Source: a virus
Lineage: Duplodnaviria > Heunggongvirae > Uroviricota > Caudoviricetes
Length of the DNA: 39,054 nt
Virus record (IMG/VR): IMGVR_UViG_3300047548_000621
Coordinates: 72,200 to 111,253 of that record
Reading direction: 5' to 3' (one strand)
Program-made: the position numbers and the translations under genes
Shown here: positions 37,001 to 39,054 of the stretch, piece by piece
Position numbering within the stretch: the stretch's first letter is position 1
How the letters are laid out: the number at the start of each line of letters is the position of its first letter
The notes under the pieces: model-generated
What the model saw: the letters and a program-made list of their open reading frames with translations, nothing else
Database searches by the model: none
What the model was told of the DNA's origin: nothing

Positions 37001-39054
37001 ATCAACATTATTTGCCTATCAGATAGGTGATGGTCCTGATGATAGTATTCTTGGTTTCCCTATCAAGTATAGCTCAGTTGCTACAATCGGTGATATTGAG
37101 TTTGACGTTACACTAAACAGTCAAACATTTAATTATGTCAGAGAATTCAATTCAATTAATCAGCGCATTAATACTGGTTATGTACACGATTATAATAATG
37201 ACCTAACTTACGATAGATTGATTGGTTGGGAAACTGCTATTGCGCCAAGCACTCAATATCAAGTATTTAATTTTGACTATAAGATCACTACACCCAACAA
37301 TATCTTAAAGATCGATATTCCAATGATTGATCCTATCCCATATGGGCAAGTGGGTTGGCCAACTATTCAAGTATATTACAATAACAAATACGTTGATAGT
37401 ATTAATGGTTCATATACCGTTACAGTCGAGGATAATGTAACATTTGTTCAGTTGAACACACCTCCAATTGTAGACACGGTAGTGCAAGTATTATTGTTAA
37501 GTAATGAAACTAGCGCAAATAGTTATTATACTATTCCTATCAATTTGTCTAACAATCCACTAAACAACGATATCACCGACGTAAAGTTGGGTGATATTCG
37601 TATGCAATATATGGATATGTTTATCAACGCTCCTAATACTACAGGAGATGTATTCGGTAAGAATAACTATAGAGATTGTGGCGATCTTGTTCCATATGGC
37701 ACAAAAATAATTCAGAATAGCGCAAGTCTAGTATTACCCGGCTTATTTTTACGTAAGCAGAATAATAATTTGTTCAATGCATTATTGTACAATAGCAGAG
37801 AATATATCAATTATAAGCAATTGTTAGTCGACACCGTTCAAAATACTGATTATGATAGACGTTATAGTCCCGCGCAAATACTAGATGATGCTGTCGATCA
37901 AATCTCAGCAGCAAGAAGCGAGATTAATTCGTTCTTCTGGTCAGATATGTTACCTAGCAAGACGCCGTTTAGAAGTAACACATATATCTTTAATAGCAAC
38001 TTAGATACTACTCGTTATCCACTGAGCCACGTGTATAATTTTGAAAGTGCTAACTATGATGGTGTATTAGTATACATTACTAGAGAAGTAAACAACAATT
38101 ATGTAACAAAACAGTTGATTCGTAATGTTGATTATACTATAGATCAAGAAAGCCCAACAGTTGTAGTAACACTCGACTTAGTGCCGGGAGACTATATTAC
38201 GGTTAATGAATATAATCAGACATATGGATCATATGTTCCCAATACTCCAAGTAAATTAGGATTGTACCCATTATACATTCCTGAGGTAATATTGGACAGT
38301 GATTATATTACTCCGACTTATTTCATTCTAGGTCACGATGGCAGCTATACCAAACTCTATGGCGATTATATTCCAGAGTTCGATATACTGACTGATTTTA
38401 GAGATCAGGTATTATTAGAATTTGAACAACGAATTTATAATAATTGCAAGTTAAGCACCGAAGTACCTATTAGAATCTATGAAGTATTGCCTGGCTTCTT
38501 TAGAGAAAGCACTTACACCTATAACGAATATCTAGAGATGTACTCAAGTAGTTTCTTAAATTGGGTAGGACAAAATAGATTAGATTACAAGACACAATAT
38601 TTCAATAGAAATAATGAATTCACATATAACTATACGAATTCAAGCAACAAGTTGAATCGTATGCCAATTCAGCAGGGCAATTTCAGAGGTGTCTACGAGT
38701 ATTTCTATGATACATCTACTCCTAATTTAACACCTTGGCAAATGCTTGGCTTTAGTAATATGCCAACTTGGTGGGTTGATAGATATGGTCCCGCTCCATA
38801 TACTAGTGGCAATGAAATACTTTGGAATGATTTAGAGCAGGGTTATATCTATAATAACGGCGATGGATATATTGATAGTTTGTTTGCTCGTCCTGGATTA
38901 TCGAATATAATTCCAGTAGACCAAGATGGTAATTTATTAAGCCCGTTGTATAGTATTGTTGCTGACTACAACCCAAGTACGTTCCAAAAGGATTGGAAGG
39001 TAGGAGATGATGGTCCTGTAGAATTCAGCTATCGTCGTAGCTCAAGTTATCCAT
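34089..39054 (+). CDS. Giant virion/baseplate protein (gp7 / P2 gpI position), partial, >1655 aa
   Basis: Hand-translated with no in-frame stop from MARIRTLNFLPEVFQT to ...GDDGPVEFSYRRSSSYP at the window end; absent from the ORF track because it has no stop. Confidence 0.85.
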   Translation, partial: MARIRTLNFLPEVFQTPTNSQFLAATLDQIVSEPNTVKQQGYIGSKLGYGVNALDYYVTEPTKTRVDYQLDPSVVFTKPNETIAQDFITYPGILDALKLQGSITDDNSELFQSQFYSWDSFVDLDKLVNYQEYYWLPEGPPSVSVSPGLVYSVEEYIVTDYDNQYGINEKTAQNSGPLNPTLTLLRGGSYTFSVNQNSQFFIQTLPGTSGYSPIQPNIPTREVYGVENNGASTGFVTFDVPLKDAQDEYDFPGNNIVDLICTTPFSQVNGQILGTFTDPATGVTYNGLSDIDGITGIDGLRIMFYNTGISNEVGYINSYYGETSYDVNDDYFTSPLTVEISSTTNSGSYLTLGTGYTTDQLIVNQTITFDTPTLGGLSQNVVYFVKEILNSTDFTISEYIEGPALSVNDDAGTMIANINQGQYQQGFYSTVNDNFYRVQLVGTGPNPTIRLLPDGTIPTNQKITPQFGVTYINRPFYRNVNGVIGLIPIITAPLDVLYYQDGTNPNKVGEIRLVDTNADNYINVDTQIIGKVNYTSPNGVAFTNGLKIIFQGNIFPSRYLNQEYYVEGVGTSIELVPVLSLECPEKFTIGEYIPWDMFGFDAGPWDISLNIPVLPDYITIARNSINKNAWSRSNRWFHTDIITQTANYNNNPDILTRYATLENKAKRPIIEFYPNIKLFDSGSVGKNAVDFFDTRTTDAFSEVAGLYNYYPDVEVYTKNTAVIDSTITSPVSSSSLIVGKTYVITSKGTTNWNTAAGTTGFYYVEGQIFVCESTSVGTGTATELAYGTTITIPTADINGTFQEGMYVADYNNVLPVNTQLDNIQIVGSDTILTVSWDQPQNVDTTTTVIVGSDSTVNAYAVYPGARIVFANDSDLQVRNKIYVVDYATIGTSSQPIIVLSPAEDSMPLPDEMIAVNRGYNYQGKSFYYNGIMWDEAQLKIDVNQPPKFDVFDNNNISFGDTDVYNSSTFKGSTLFAYQIGDGPDDSILGFPIKYSSVATIGDIEFDVTLNSQTFNYVREFNSINQRINTGYVHDYNNDLTYDRLIGWETAIAPSTQYQVFNFDYKITTPNNILKIDIPMIDPIPYGQVGWPTIQVYYNNKYVDSINGSYTVTVEDNVTFVQLNTPPIVDTVVQVLLLSNETSANSYYTIPINLSNNPLNNDITDVKLGDIRMQYMDMFINAPNTTGDVFGKNNYRDCGDLVPYGTKIIQNSASLVLPGLFLRKQNNNLFNALLYNSREYINYKQLLVDTVQNTDYDRRYSPAQILDDAVDQISAARSEINSFFWSDMLPSKTPFRSNTYIFNSNLDTTRYPLSHVYNFESANYDGVLVYITREVNNNYVTKQLIRNVDYTIDQESPTVVVTLDLVPGDYITVNEYNQTYGSYVPNTPSKLGLYPLYIPEVILDSDYITPTYFILGHDGSYTKLYGDYIPEFDILTDFRDQVLLEFEQRIYNNCKLSTEVPIRIYEVLPGFFRESTYTYNEYLEMYSSSFLNWVGQNRLDYKTQYFNRNNEFTYNYTNSSNKLNRMPIQQGNFRGVYEYFYDTSTPNLTPWQMLGFSNMPTWWVDRYGPAPYTSGNEILWNDLEQGYIYNNGDGYIDSLFARPGLSNIIPVDQDGNLLSPLYSIVADYNPSTFQKDWKVGDDGPVEFSYRRSSSYP

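Noticed and set aside
1-39054. Stop-codon recoding (alternative genetic code)
   Set aside because: All conserved genes are full length in code 11, and TAA, TAG and TGA all act as stops.

Overview
This window is part of a large, AT-rich, T4-like (Straboviridae/Kyanoviridae-type) contractile-tailed phage genome in the standard genetic code. The minus strand at 1-15.1 kb carries the head module: HNH endonuclease, gp23 capsid, gp22 scaffold, gp21 protease, two prohead-core-position genes and gp20 portal. It also carries two tandem, paralogous tape-measure-like genes with different cell-wall hydrolase domains (M23 peptidase vs lytic transglycosylase). The plus strand at 15.2-16.3 kb has a gp26-like chaperone, apparently extended by a programmed -1 frameshift. 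A ~400-nt highly structured non-coding region lies at 16.3-16.7 kb. The minus strand at 16.7-21.2 kb encodes a Holliday-junction resolvase, gp46/gp47 and a gp55-like late sigma factor. From 21.3 kb the plus strand encodes the baseplate: tube initiator-like, gp53/LysM, gp27-like hub, gp5/VgrG-like spike with a long extension, gp25, gp6, and a >1655-aa ORF that runs off the window and is missing from the ORF track. NNTAAATA late promoters precede most structural genes. The best leads are the candidate large ncRNA, the lambda G/GT-like frameshift, the twin enzyme-swapped tape measures, the extended spike and the palindrome over the gp55 promoter. Family assignments come from recognised motifs and synteny; no database searches or folding programs were run.
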